In this document: piece after piece, positions 27,825-37,158 of the stretch | Numbering within the stretch: position 1 is the first letter of the stretch | How the letters are laid out: every line of letters starts with the position of its first letter | Source: Minisyncoccota bacterium | GTDB taxonomy: Bacteria > Patescibacteriota > Minisyncoccia > Phycocordibacterales > BOKC01 | Direction: 5' to 3' | Assembly: GCA_030583745.1 (NCBI GenBank) | Contig: CP129473.1 | Coordinates: 76,551 to 140,550, forward strand | Length of the DNA: 64,000 nucleotides | Program-made: the position numbers and the translations under genes | The notes under the pieces: generated by a model | The model's database searches: none | Seen by the model: only the letters and a program-made list of their open reading frames with translations | What the model was told of the DNA's origin: nothing

Positions 27825-28691
27825 ATGGAGATGAAGACTGACGGGACTCTTGATGCTTTCGCTCAAATCCCGGAGTTTCTCAAAGCAAACCGGAGAATCG
27901 TTGACGGCTGGATTTCTCAAATAACCTCCAGAATCACAAGAGTACTTTTTGTGGCCCATGGAGACTGGACTACGATTCGTCTCTTCCTTGAGGCTCGAAA
28001 GGAGAAATTTTTGCCGCCCCCGACCCTGTATTGTCTTGACAGCTCTAGCTTGACCCTTCAACTGGCGCAAAAGAACTTGGCTGATGTTTTGCCGGAAGAG
28101 AAGCTCAAGATGGTTCATGCCGACGTCCGGCAACTTGACTGCAGTCAGATTGGCGGGTGCGTTGACCTCGTCATTTGGGGCAACGGTATCCATTGCCTCT
28201 CTTCGAAAGATCAAGATGAGGCGTTTCGTCGGATTGCCGAAGCACTTCGACAGAGTGGTCTCTTTGGATTTTCTACTGCTTTTCACGAAGAAGCTCGGCC
28301 GGAAAATACCTTGCCTTTCTACAGAAGGCACGTTGCTCTTTCGATGAGAACTCTCAAAGAAAAGGGCATCACTCCAGATTCTAGAGTGGGGGTAACGAAA
28401 ACAGCAAGCTTCCTGCCTCCAAGCCACTACCTTGCGCTTCTGGAATCGCATCGTTTCCGTCCCGTTCTAACCGAGACTCTTCCGGTCGATACAACTCTGG
28501 GTTTCTGGGAGGCCGTTAGCAGTTACTATCAGTACGTATCTAGCACCCTCCCTGGCTATCCGACGGATGAAGCCGTCCGAGCACTCGTCAAGAATGCTGA
28601 TCCGGCTCTTGAAAAGTGTGGAAAGCGGTACGAAAACAAAAACCCCTTCATTCGCTTGGACTGGTTCTCTGTCCTTGCAGTGAAGATCTGA
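27825..28691 (+). CDS. class I SAM-dependent methyltransferase-like protein
   Basis: 'LYCLDSSSLTLQLAQ…DLVIWGNGIHCL…FRRIAEALRQSGLF' matches a methyltransferase fold pattern. The RBS 'AAAGGAG' is 7 nt before the ATG at 27825. The gene is ~50% GC. Confidence 0.6.
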   Translation: MEMKTDGTLDAFAQIPEFLKANRRIVDGWISQITSRITRVLFVAHGDWTTIRLFLEARKEKFLPPPTLYCLDSSSLTLQLAQKNLADVLPEEKLKMVHADVRQLDCSQIGGCVDLVIWGNGIHCLSSKDQDEAFRRIAEALRQSGLFGFSTAFHEEARPENTLPFYRRHVALSMRTLKEKGITPDSRVGVTKTASFLPPSHYLALLESHRFRPVLTETLPVDTTLGFWEAVSSYYQYVSSTLPGYPTDEAVRALVKNADPALEKCGKRYENKNPFIRLDWFSVLAVKI

Positions 28692-28698
28692 ATCATGA

Positions 28699-28740
28699 TC
28701 CCGCGATGGCGCCAAACGCCGACGCGGGATTTTTCTTTTC
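28699..28740 (+). terminator. intrinsic terminator
   Basis: 'atcccgcg…cgcgggat' is followed by 'ttttctttt'. Confidence 0.65.
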
Positions 28741-28771
28741 TGAATTCTCTATTTTTTGGTATAATTAAAAA

Positions 28772-29323
28772 ATGTTTTTAAATCTCTTGCCGCAAATTTT
28801 TGAAAAAGCAGAAAAAATTATTCTCAACGCTCTAATTTTTCTCCTGATTTTTGTCTTGGCTTATTTTATCGCGCAAATTGCAAGGACAATAACCAGAAAC
28901 CGGGTTTTTAACTACTTACCGCAAAAAGAAGTTGCGACGTTTTCTTCAGACCTGCTTTTTTATTTGATAATGGTCGTCGGTGTGGGTATCGGGTTGACGG
29001 CGGTTGGCGCCAACATTAATGCGGTTATTGCTGGCTTGGGGCTTGGCGGTTTTGCTTTAGGTTTTGCTCTACGGGATATAATTGGCAATTTTGTCAGCGG
29101 GCTTTTGATAATTTTAACTAAGACTGTTAAAGCCGGCGATTCTTTGAAAATTATGAATTTTGAAGGCACTGTTCGCTCGGTTAATTTGAGGCACACTATT
29201 CTTTCAAGAGATTCCGAAGATGGTGCCCCTGAAAGTGTCTTGGTGCCGAACAATAGCATTTTTTCTTCGGTAGTGATTGTTAAAAAGAAAAAAAATTCAA
29301 AGAAAGCCGAAAAGAAAAATTAA
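28772..29323 (+). CDS. small-conductance mechanosensitive channel (MscS-like)
   Basis: TM helices are followed by 'DIIGNFVSGLLIILTKTVKAGDSLKI…GTVRSVNLRHTIL'. Confidence 0.75.
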   Translation: MFLNLLPQIFEKAEKIILNALIFLLIFVLAYFIAQIARTITRNRVFNYLPQKEVATFSSDLLFYLIMVVGVGIGLTAVGANINAVIAGLGLGGFALGFALRDIIGNFVSGLLIILTKTVKAGDSLKIMNFEGTVRSVNLRHTILSRDSEDGAPESVLVPNNSIFSSVVIVKKKKNSKKAEKKN

Positions 29324-29353
29324 TTTTTATCAATCTTTTTTAAAATTAAAAAT

Positions 29354-29575
29354 ATGTCTTGGTCATCAAAAAGAATTCAAGAGTACAAAGAGGGTGGGGA
29401 AGCCAGTTGGCTGGAGAAACGCGCTTTAGAGCATGCCGAACCAATTCACTTGATTTTAATAATTTTAAGTTTACCACTTTTGGTCTATGGTCTTTGGGAG
29501 CACAGCTGGTTTTTTATTGGAATTGGGATTGCCTTGAATTTTGTCGGCCACATAAACACTTGGATTAGGAAATAG
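29354..29575 (+). CDS. small membrane protein
   Basis: It is 73 aa with two TM segments. Confidence 0.35.
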   Translation: MSWSSKRIQEYKEGGEASWLEKRALEHAEPIHLILIILSLPLLVYGLWEHSWFFIGIGIALNFVGHINTWIRK

Positions 29576-29576
29576 T

Positions 29577-30029
29577 ATGGGAAAACTGATTGGTGAAATA
29601 GACAGATGGATTATCGGCAAATTTAAGAAATTGGAATCATTTATCGCCAGACTGGCGATTTTTGTAGTTTATTTCTGGTTTGGGCTTTTGAAATTTCTTG
29701 GTTTAAGTCCGGCTGAACCACTAGTCTACGGCTTGTTTGATAAAACTTTGGGTTTTTTGAATTTCCCTGTGTTTTTTAGTTTCTTCGCACTTTTTGAAAT
29801 GGCAATAGGAATCTTGTTTTTGGCTAAGGGGTTTGAACGGTTGGCAATTTTATTTATCGGCGTGCATGTTTTTACAACTATTTTGCCACTCGTTCTTCTT
29901 CCGGAAATAGCGTGGCAGGCGGCTTTTGTGCCGACTTTGGCTGGTCAGTACATTATTAAGAACATCCTGATTGCTGCACTTGCGATTGTAATTGGCTCAA
30001 GACTTGCGCCGATAAAAAGCCGAAACTGA
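29577..30029 (+). CDS. 4-TM membrane protein
   Basis: The profile is hydrophobic. No family was confidently recognised. Confidence 0.5.
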   Translation: MGKLIGEIDRWIIGKFKKLESFIARLAIFVVYFWFGLLKFLGLSPAEPLVYGLFDKTLGFLNFPVFFSFFALFEMAIGILFLAKGFERLAILFIGVHVFTTILPLVLLPEIAWQAAFVPTLAGQYIIKNILIAALAIVIGSRLAPIKSRN

Positions 30030-30067
30030 TTATTTTAGGATAAAAATTTGTGTGATAAAATACAGGA

Positions 30068-30964
30068 ATGCTCGGCCGGTTTAAAAACAAAAGTTTGCCT
30101 CTTGTCTGGGCGCTTTCTGCCTCGATAATTCTTTCTCTTATTTTAAGTTATAGCTATTTTGTCTTGGATAATAAATTTTCTGCTTCCAAGAAAGAGCTGT
30201 CGCTTGAGATTTTGGATTTACAAAAAAAGGTTGTTGGTTTGGAAGAGGTATTAAGAAATAAGGAAGAAGAAAATCGTTATCTTTCTGAAGCACTTTATTC
30301 AGAAAGAAGTAAAAATCAGATGTTCGAACAACAGATAGGTGATATTGCTAGCACGGTTGGGATTTTGGACAAATTACGAAAGATCGACCCAGAACTTCTC
30401 CAGAAATATTCAAAAGTTTATTTTTTGAATGAACACTATGTGCCAAGCGAGCTTGATAGTATAAAATCGGAATTTATTTACGAGACAAATCGGCCAATGC
30501 TTATCCATTCGGGTGTTAATCCTTTTCTAGAGAGAATGATGAGGGAGGCGTTTGGTCGCGGTATTAATTTGCGAATTCTTTCGGCCTTCCGTTCTTTTGA
30601 TGACCAAGAATTTTTGAAATCAAATTACAAAACTATATATGGCAGTGGTGCTAATCAGTTTAGCGCTGACCAAGGATATTCTGAACATCAGCTCGGCGCG
30701 GCGGTTGATTTTACAACTCTTGAGCGGGGCGCGACTTTTTCTGATTTTGAAAAAACCGAAGCTTTTAAATGGCTTTCTCAAAATGCCCACCGCTTTGGCT
30801 TCACATTGTCTTACCCAGAAAACAACAGCTATTATCAATTTGAGCCTTGGCACTGGCGGTTTGTTGGGGTGGGCTTGGCGACAAAACTTTATTCGGAAGG
30901 TAAATACTTTTATGATTTAGACCAGCGGGAAATTGATAAATATCTTGTTCATATTTTTGACTAG
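30068..30964 (+). CDS. VanY-like D-Ala-D-Ala carboxypeptidase (peptidase M15) with N-terminal TM and coiled coil
   Basis: 'SAFRSFDDQ' and 'SEHQLGAAVDF' match the M15 Zn-binding motifs (SxHxxGxAxD). Confidence 0.8.
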   Translation: MLGRFKNKSLPLVWALSASIILSLILSYSYFVLDNKFSASKKELSLEILDLQKKVVGLEEVLRNKEEENRYLSEALYSERSKNQMFEQQIGDIASTVGILDKLRKIDPELLQKYSKVYFLNEHYVPSELDSIKSEFIYETNRPMLIHSGVNPFLERMMREAFGRGINLRILSAFRSFDDQEFLKSNYKTIYGSGANQFSADQGYSEHQLGAAVDFTTLERGATFSDFEKTEAFKWLSQNAHRFGFTLSYPENNSYYQFEPWHWRFVGVGLATKLYSEGKYFYDLDQREIDKYLVHIFD

Positions 30965-30989
30965 TTGTAGCAAGTATAGGCAAAAAACC

Positions 30990-31268
30990 ATGACAAGAGA
31001 AGAAGAGGTGTCTAGTAAGAGAAAGCCGTTTTGTGACAAAGATAGGTGCCAAGAGGGTGGTGACTTAAGATTACCCTCGAATAAAAAAAATCGTCTTTCA
31101 AAAAAAATTATCGGTTTATTTCTTATTCTTATCGGCTTTTTTGCTCTTATTACCCCCTTTACTCCCGGCTCTTGGTTGATTTTTATTGGGCTTGGAATGC
31201 TTGGTCTTAATATTGTTTTTTGGAATAAAATAAAAATCTTTTTGAATAAGTCGAAAGACAAGTTATAA
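30990..31268 (+). CDS. small 2-TM membrane protein
   Basis: 'IIGLFLILIGFFALITPFTPGSWLIFIGLGMLGL' is hydrophobic. Confidence 0.4.
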   Translation: MTREEEVSSKRKPFCDKDRCQEGGDLRLPSNKKNRLSKKIIGLFLILIGFFALITPFTPGSWLIFIGLGMLGLNIVFWNKIKIFLNKSKDKL

Positions 31269-31302
31269 TAGTAAAAGTTTAAAATCTTTTAAAAAAATAA
31301 AA

Positions 31303-31677
31303 ATGCAAGTAAATATAAAAACTTCAGGCATTGGTTTAACTCCAGAGATTTCGACTTATGTTGATAAGAAGCTTGATGCGGTCAGAAAGCTTATAAACAA
31401 AGAAGATTCCGGTGCACTCTGTGAATTTGAAGTCGGGCGAACCACTCGTCATCACAAAAGCGGAGACATCTTCAGGGCGGAAATTAATTTGACTACAGAA
31501 GGTAAGAGCTTTTACGCCGCTTCGGAAAAAGAAGATTTATACGCGGCGATTGACGAGGTCAAAGATGAAATAAGAAGTCGTTTATTGAGTCATAAGACCA
31601 AAAAAGAAACCCTCTTTAAAAGGGGTGGTCGGCAAATGAAATCGTTGATTAAAAATCTCCGTTGGCCGAAACGTTAA
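31303..31677 (+). CDS. hpf: ribosome hibernation promoting factor (HPF/RaiA family)
   Basis: 'MQVNIKTSGIGLTPEISTYVDKKLDAVRKL' and 'LYAAIDEVKDEIRSRL' are present. Confidence 0.85.
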   Translation: MQVNIKTSGIGLTPEISTYVDKKLDAVRKLINKEDSGALCEFEVGRTTRHHKSGDIFRAEINLTTEGKSFYAASEKEDLYAAIDEVKDEIRSRLLSHKTKKETLFKRGGRQMKSLIKNLRWPKR

Positions 31678-32504
31678 TTAGATTTTAAAAATTGTTCATA
31701 TTCCACCTCCTTTTTGCCCTCCGGCACAACCTTGTTTATTGTGAATTTTCCATCTCGCAAAGAGGCGTCCGTTATTTTTATTCTTTTATCTTTTTCAAAA
31801 AAATAAATTCCCGGGGAAGGGTGGTAGGCCAAAAACTTTCGATAGTTTAATTCCGGATCATCGTCAAAATTGATCAAGCCGTCCTCCTTTTTAATTTTTT
31901 CGGTGTAGGTGGCGTTTTGATGGTTTTGTTCTTGCGGTTTAATTTTGTCTGCCAGCCAATCTTTCATTGCTTCTGCTAAAAGCTGGCCGCCGATTTCATT
32001 TAGTTTTTTGAAAACTTTTTCCTTGGACAAAGGCCAGTTTTCAAAATAAATTTCTTTTTGTGCCAGAATCGGCCCGTGATCCATTTTTTCATCCATTAGC
32101 ATTACTGATACTCCGGTCGGGTTGATGTTTTCCAAAATGGCGGTTTCAACCGGCGAAGCCCCGCGCAAGTGAGGTAGTAGGGAATAGTGGAGATTTAAAA
32201 CGCCTTTCTTGGGAATTTGAAGAATCTCTTTCGGTAAAATTTTTCCATAAGCGACAACGGCAAATAGGGTATAGCCACTAGGGTCTAGGGTTTTAATAAA
32301 TTCGGAATCAAGTTTTTCGGGTTGTAAAACCGAAATGTTGTTGTTTTTTGCCCAGATTTTTACCGGCGGGGGAGCAAGCTTCAGACCTCGACCCTGCGGT
32401 CTGTCTGGGGAAGTTATGATAAGAGACGGTAATAAACCTTCTGATTTTAGAATTTCCAGAATTTCAACTGACACCTGCGGAGTGCCGAAAAATATAAAGT
32501 TCAT
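31674..32504 (-). CDS. fmt: methionyl-tRNA formyltransferase
   Basis: 'IFFGTPQVSVEILE', 'VLNLHYSLLPHLRGASPV' and a C-terminal domain are present. It forms an operon with def. Confidence 0.9.
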   Translation of the reverse strand: MNFIFFGTPQVSVEILEILKSEGLLPSLIITSPDRPQGRGLKLAPPPVKIWAKNNNISVLQPEKLDSEFIKTLDPSGYTLFAVVAYGKILPKEILQIPKKGVLNLHYSLLPHLRGASPVETAILENINPTGVSVMLMDEKMDHGPILAQKEIYFENWPLSKEKVFKKLNEIGGQLLAEAMKDWLADKIKPQEQNHQNATYTEKIKKEDGLINFDDDPELNYRKFLAYHPSPGIYFFEKDKRIKITDASLRDGKFTINKVVPEGKKEVEYEQFLKSN

Positions 32505-32522
32505 ATTTAAATTAACTTAATT

Positions 32523-33074
32523 TTAAGTATTTTGTTCAGGTAAGATTTCTTCAATACTCTGGGCTTTATCTATAAAAAGAATTCCATCAAGATGGTCAAT
32601 TTCGTGCTGGAAAATCTGGGCTAAAAGTCCGGAAGCGCCGCGTTTGATTTTTTCACCTTTTTCGTTGTAGGCCTCTATACTGACTTTTTCAGCTCTTTTA
32701 ACTTCGCCGTAAAGCCAGCGAACAGAAAGACACCCCTCTTCCATCATTTCTGTTTTTCTGGATTTTTTAATTATGACCGGATTTATATAAATTTCATCCG
32801 GTTTTTCTTTTTTTATTTTTGTAAAATCGGTTTCCAAATCCGGATTGTTTTTTGAGAGTTCCAAAATTTGCTTAACTTTTCCGGAGACGATAAAAATCCG
32901 CCAAAGTTCACCGATCTGCGGGGCGGCGATAGCAACGCCGTCATCTTGAGAATCAAGAGCGTCTTGCATTTTTTTTAAAACCTTCTTTATTTTTTCGGAT
33001 GAGATTTCGGAAGTCGGAACCTCTTTTGATTTTTGCCTCAAGACGGGGCTTTCTTTCTGTAAAATTTTGATCAT
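32523..33074 (-). CDS. def: peptide deformylase
   Basis: Motifs 'GVAIAAPQIG', 'EGCLSV' and 'QHEIDHLDG' are present. Confidence 0.9.
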   Translation of the reverse strand: MIKILQKESPVLRQKSKEVPTSEISSEKIKKVLKKMQDALDSQDDGVAIAAPQIGELWRIFIVSGKVKQILELSKNNPDLETDFTKIKKEKPDEIYINPVIIKKSRKTEMMEEGCLSVRWLYGEVKRAEKVSIEAYNEKGEKIKRGASGLLAQIFQHEIDHLDGILFIDKAQSIEEILPEQNT

Positions 33075-33184
33075 AAGATAAATATATCACAAACAAATAT
33101 CATCTAAATTTAATAAGGGATGTCAGACGTCCCTTATAATATTAAGGACTTGCGATGTCCTTAATATTAAAAAAGAAAAAACCC

Positions 33185-33225
33185 GCGCTGGCCGGCTCTT
33201 GCGAGCGGCTAGCGCGGGGGTATGG
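33185..33225 (-). terminator. intrinsic terminator after the GC-rich membrane-protein gene
   Basis: On the minus strand 'cccgcgctagccgctcgcaagagccggccagcgcggg' is followed by 'ttttttc'. Confidence 0.6.
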
Positions 33226-33226
33226 C

Positions 33227-33700
33227 TTAAGCCGAGATCCCTCGGTTCTGTCCTCGGATCAGACCCAGAAGGAATCGGGTTGAGAATAACCCGATTCCCC
33301 AGACCGTGCCGACGACCGGCAATGCCGTAAGCCACATAACCCAGAACGGCTCCTTAGCTCCTTCGTCCTTGGCGGTGCTGGAGGCGACAGCAGTCATGAG
33401 GGCAACGAGGACGAGGAGGGAGACGGTGGAGACCACACTGGAGGTTGCGGTGCGGAGGGCGAGAACGGCGATTGCGGTGGCACAGGCGGCGAAGGCGGCG
33501 GGGATGATGAGGGCGAAGACGCGAGAAGTGAAGGCGCAGGAGACGAAGGCGGCGGCGAAGAGGGCGAAGGCGGCGGCGAGGGCGGCGAGGGCGGCGGAGG
33601 TAGAGGCAGTTCTGAAATCGCCGGTAATGGCGTATACGCCGCCTCCTACGATACACTGAAGGCCGAGTACGAACGTCGTATAGATCCACAGCTTCTTCAT
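33227..33700 (-). CDS. GC-rich (~65%) Ala-rich multi-TM membrane protein
   Basis: The RBS 'GGGAGAACGAA-ATG' gives MKKLWIYTTFVLGL… Its composition is atypical for this genome. Confidence 0.5.
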   Translation of the reverse strand: MKKLWIYTTFVLGLQCIVGGGVYAITGDFRTASTSAALAALAAAFALFAAAFVSCAFTSRVFALIIPAAFAACATAIAVLALRTATSSVVSTVSLLVLVALMTAVASSTAKDEGAKEPFWVMWLTALPVVGTVWGIGLFSTRFLLGLIRGQNRGISA

Positions 33701-33859
33701 TTCGTTCTCCCTTTCTTTTTTTATCATTGCCGAAATCACATGATTTCGGAAAATTTTCCACTTAAGATTCTAATAGATGTTATCCATGTTGTCAAATTTA
33801 ATTTTGTAAAAATTTATGACCCGAAGTTTGAAATTTGAAATCAAAAATCTCAAACAAAA

Positions 33860-35755
33860 TCACAGAATGTTCTCCGGATCTACCTTGACCAAAAAATTAG
33901 GTGGTAACTCGCGCAGTTTTTCCACAAGTTCGCCAACAGGCCACTTTTTCGGATCTATCTTTAGGAGCACATTAATTAAGTGTTTGCCTTTAATTTTTGA
34001 AGTAAAGGCCGGATAGGAAACTGATTGATATTCAGCCATTTTTTCTTTTATTTTTTCCGCTTCTTTTTCTGCCACCGATTTTTGCGCGCTTTGAATGGTT
34101 ATTTTTATAAAAAGTGAGAAGGGTGGGTAATTGAATTCTCGACGTGCCTCAAGTTCACTTCTGTAAAAATCAATTAAATTTCCGGAAAGCAAATATTGCC
34201 AGAGTGGTAAATCCGGAAGTCTGGTCTGGATCAAAAATTTCTTTGCTGATAAATTTTTCAAGCGCAAGAGTAGTGAAAAAATTCTTTCATTAATGCGAAA
34301 ATCAGGTATGGAAAATAGGGAATCAGTTGAAGCACAAATTACATTATCAATTTTTTTATTGAGATAAAATACCGCCATTTCATTACTAACAAGAATACTA
34401 CCTGGAGTTTTCAAGAAATCAGATATTATTTTTACCGCTTGTTTGCCAGTTCTAGCTTTTTCTTTGTCTAGTCGGAAAACCGAAGCTTTGGGGTAGGTTT
34501 TTTTTATTTCTTTCTCCAAAGCTTCCAGCCCGACACCAAAGCCCTGGATTCTCCACCCTCCGCAATTTTTGCATTTGTCCACCGCTTTCTTTTTTAGCCC
34601 GCATTTGTGGCAAGAAATCTTTCTTTCATTATTTTCTTCGTGAAGAACAATTGGAGCCGAGCAGTTGGAGCACTCCATTATTTGACCGCAGTCAAGACAG
34701 GACAAAAGCGGAGACAGACCCTTGCGCGCGCCGAAGACGAAAGTTGTTTCTTTGTTTTTTTGTGATTCTTCAAGGATATCTTTAGCCGTATTAGACAAAA
34801 GAGAAAACTCTTTCTCTTTTGTCTCTTTTTCTCTATCTCTTAAATCCACAAGGTTTTGATTGGCATTGGTTAAAATTCTAAATTTAAGCGGTATCAATTC
34901 TGAAAAATCCAAATTTTCTTGTCGCCAGAGAGTTTCAGTTCTTAAGAAAAAATCGCCGAACAAAAGCCGTATTCCAAGCTTTTTTGAAAAAATCTCGGCA
35001 AAAGTTCTGATATCAAGATACGGCCGACGCAGGTCTTTGTATGCCGAAGAGTTCTCCCTCTCAACAATCATGGTTCCAAAATCACTTCTCGGTAGATACA
35101 TAAATTGCGCAGTGGTTATGATTAGAACCGGGTGTTTCAAAGACACTGCTGTGTTCCAATTCTTTTCAATTTCTTTGCCTGTCATTGAGCCGTTGAAACA
35201 AAAAACAAAGTTCTCTATGCCTTTTTCAAGAATTTTTTTAGAGCGATTCAACTCTTCTATGGTGGGGACGATAAAAATTACAGAAAGATTTTTGGCAAAC
35301 TCTTCTCGTATCAAATTTCTGTAAGTTGAAAATCTTTCATCTTCGCCGGCTTGCAGTAGCAGTTTTTCATGACGGTCTCTCGGGCTGTCTTTGTTGGTGT
35401 TTAAAATTCTTAACTTATCGGCTCTCTCTAATGTTTGTTTTGAGACAAGGTTGTTTAAAATCGCGCCGGTTGAAGATGCGAAATAATTACCGGCTTCTTC
35501 CACGCTTTCTACAAAAGCCGTCGGTAAAAATTTCTTTACTTTTACCGATTTTATTTTTTTTACCGCAAAATCAGCTTTTTTAAGTTGGCTTTTTATTTCA
35601 ATTACCTTCGTTTTGCCGGAAACCAAAGCTTTCACTGTTTTCCTTCTTAAGGGAACTTCAACGATTGCTCCAAGTGGAATATCTTTGTTGCTAAAGTAGG
35701 TTAATTTCTCTTTTAAGATGCCTTTGGCGATGGGAATGACTTCGATCGTATACAT
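33860..35755 (-). CDS. priA: PriA-like primosomal protein N' with degenerate ATPase motifs
   Basis: The N-terminal 3'-DNA-binding region, the Cys4 zinc region 'CLDCGQIMECSNCSAPIVLH…CHKCG…CKNCGG' and the C-terminal domain are all present. Walker A is replaced ('LLLQAGEDERFS' for 'GVTGSGKT'). The DEEH box is replaced ('MIVERENSSAYK' for 'IVDEEHDSSYKQ'). Confidence 0.75.
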   Translation of the reverse strand: MYTIEVIPIAKGILKEKLTYFSNKDIPLGAIVEVPLRRKTVKALVSGKTKVIEIKSQLKKADFAVKKIKSVKVKKFLPTAFVESVEEAGNYFASSTGAILNNLVSKQTLERADKLRILNTNKDSPRDRHEKLLLQAGEDERFSTYRNLIREEFAKNLSVIFIVPTIEELNRSKKILEKGIENFVFCFNGSMTGKEIEKNWNTAVSLKHPVLIITTAQFMYLPRSDFGTMIVERENSSAYKDLRRPYLDIRTFAEIFSKKLGIRLLFGDFFLRTETLWRQENLDFSELIPLKFRILTNANQNLVDLRDREKETKEKEFSLLSNTAKDILEESQKNKETTFVFGARKGLSPLLSCLDCGQIMECSNCSAPIVLHEENNERKISCHKCGLKKKAVDKCKNCGGWRIQGFGVGLEALEKEIKKTYPKASVFRLDKEKARTGKQAVKIISDFLKTPGSILVSNEMAVFYLNKKIDNVICASTDSLFSIPDFRINERIFSLLLRLKNLSAKKFLIQTRLPDLPLWQYLLSGNLIDFYRSELEARREFNYPPFSLFIKITIQSAQKSVAEKEAEKIKEKMAEYQSVSYPAFTSKIKGKHLINVLLKIDPKKWPVGELVEKLRELPPNFLVKVDPENIL

Positions 35756-35853
35756 TAGTTAATATTATCATCAAGCTCGTCTTTAAGACCAATTCTTACT
35801 TCTGCTGATTTTCAATTTGTAAAAAAACGGCTGTACCCTTAATATGAGTATAA

Positions 35854-37146
35854 ATGAAGAAAGAAAGTTTTTTCATAAAAGGCCTGGCTGGGAAAAGAAA
35901 ATTGAGTGGCGAAATTGTGGTCAATGGCGCAAAAAATGCTTGCTTGCCCGTCATGGCGTCATCCTTGCTTTTTGAGGGTGGAATTTCTATTTCTAATGTT
36001 CCAAAAATTGAAGATGTGTCCAGGATGTCTGAACTTTTAGAAAATCTCGGCGCTAAGATTAATTCTAGCGAAAACCAGATGAATATTAGCTTTAGTAAGG
36101 AAATATCCGGAGACTTGGACGAGGAAATATCAAAAAGAATGCGCGCCTCTATTTTTTTAATCGGGCCTTTGCTCTCCAGAGTAGGAGCGGTATCTTTTCC
36201 ACATCCGGGAGGATGTGTTATCGGTGAGAGGCCAATCGATCTTTTTCTCTTTGGTTTTGAGAAAATGGGCGCAAGTGTTGAAGAAAAAAACGGCAAATAT
36301 TTTTTGAAAGCCGGCAGAGGAGGTCTTAAGGGGGCAGAAATCTTTTTCCCTTTTCAGAGCGTTGGGGCAACTGAAACTCTTATGATGGCAGCTGTTTTAG
36401 CCAAAGGAAAGACTATTTTGAAAAATGTGGCTTTGGAGCCGGAAGTTGTATCACTTGGCAAATTTCTTTCTTCTTGTGGTGCAAAAATAAAGGGTCTTGG
36501 GACAACAACTCTTGAAATAGAAGGCGGGGGACTTTTAAAAAGTAACAAGCGCGAGCATAAAATTATTCCGGACCGGATTGAGGCCGGCTGTTTCTTGATT
36601 CTTGGTGCTCTTTCTGCCACTGATCTTTTAATCAAAAATTGTGAACCGAATCATCTTGAAGCCCTGATCGCGCTTCTGGGTTCTTCTGGAGTAAATATTG
36701 AAATTGGAGAAAATTGGATTCGTGTTAAAAATGACATTTTGTCAAAAAGTTTTTCAGGTTTTAATATTAAGACTCATGAATATCCGGGTTTTCCAACCGA
36801 CTTGCAGGCGCCGATTACCGTATTTTTGACACAAGCAAACGGCTCATCTGTTGTTTTTGAAACACTTTTTGATAGCCGTTTAAACTACACCGCCGATTTA
36901 ATTAAAATGGGCGCGGACATTACTCTCTGGGATGCTCATCGGGCAATGGTAAAAGGGCCGACTCCGCTAAAGGGGCGCGAGCTTGATGGGCCCGACATCA
37001 GGGCTGGTCTGGCATTTGTCATTGCGGCAATTATTGGAAGAGGTAATTCGACTATAAACAACATATACTATATTGACCGTGGATATGAGAAAATAGAGGA
37101 AAGATTAAGAAAAATAAAAGTAAATATTGAAAGAGTTGGTTCGTAA
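35854..37146 (+). CDS. murA: UDP-N-acetylglucosamine 1-carboxyvinyltransferase
   Basis: 'KLSGEIVVNGAKNACLPVMASSLL' matches MurA and the architecture is MurA throughout. Confidence 0.9.
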   Translation: MKKESFFIKGLAGKRKLSGEIVVNGAKNACLPVMASSLLFEGGISISNVPKIEDVSRMSELLENLGAKINSSENQMNISFSKEISGDLDEEISKRMRASIFLIGPLLSRVGAVSFPHPGGCVIGERPIDLFLFGFEKMGASVEEKNGKYFLKAGRGGLKGAEIFFPFQSVGATETLMMAAVLAKGKTILKNVALEPEVVSLGKFLSSCGAKIKGLGTTTLEIEGGGLLKSNKREHKIIPDRIEAGCFLILGALSATDLLIKNCEPNHLEALIALLGSSGVNIEIGENWIRVKNDILSKSFSGFNIKTHEYPGFPTDLQAPITVFLTQANGSSVVFETLFDSRLNYTADLIKMGADITLWDAHRAMVKGPTPLKGRELDGPDIRAGLAFVIAAIIGRGNSTINNIYYIDRGYEKIEERLRKIKVNIERVGS

Positions 37147-37158
37147 GATTACAAAAAA

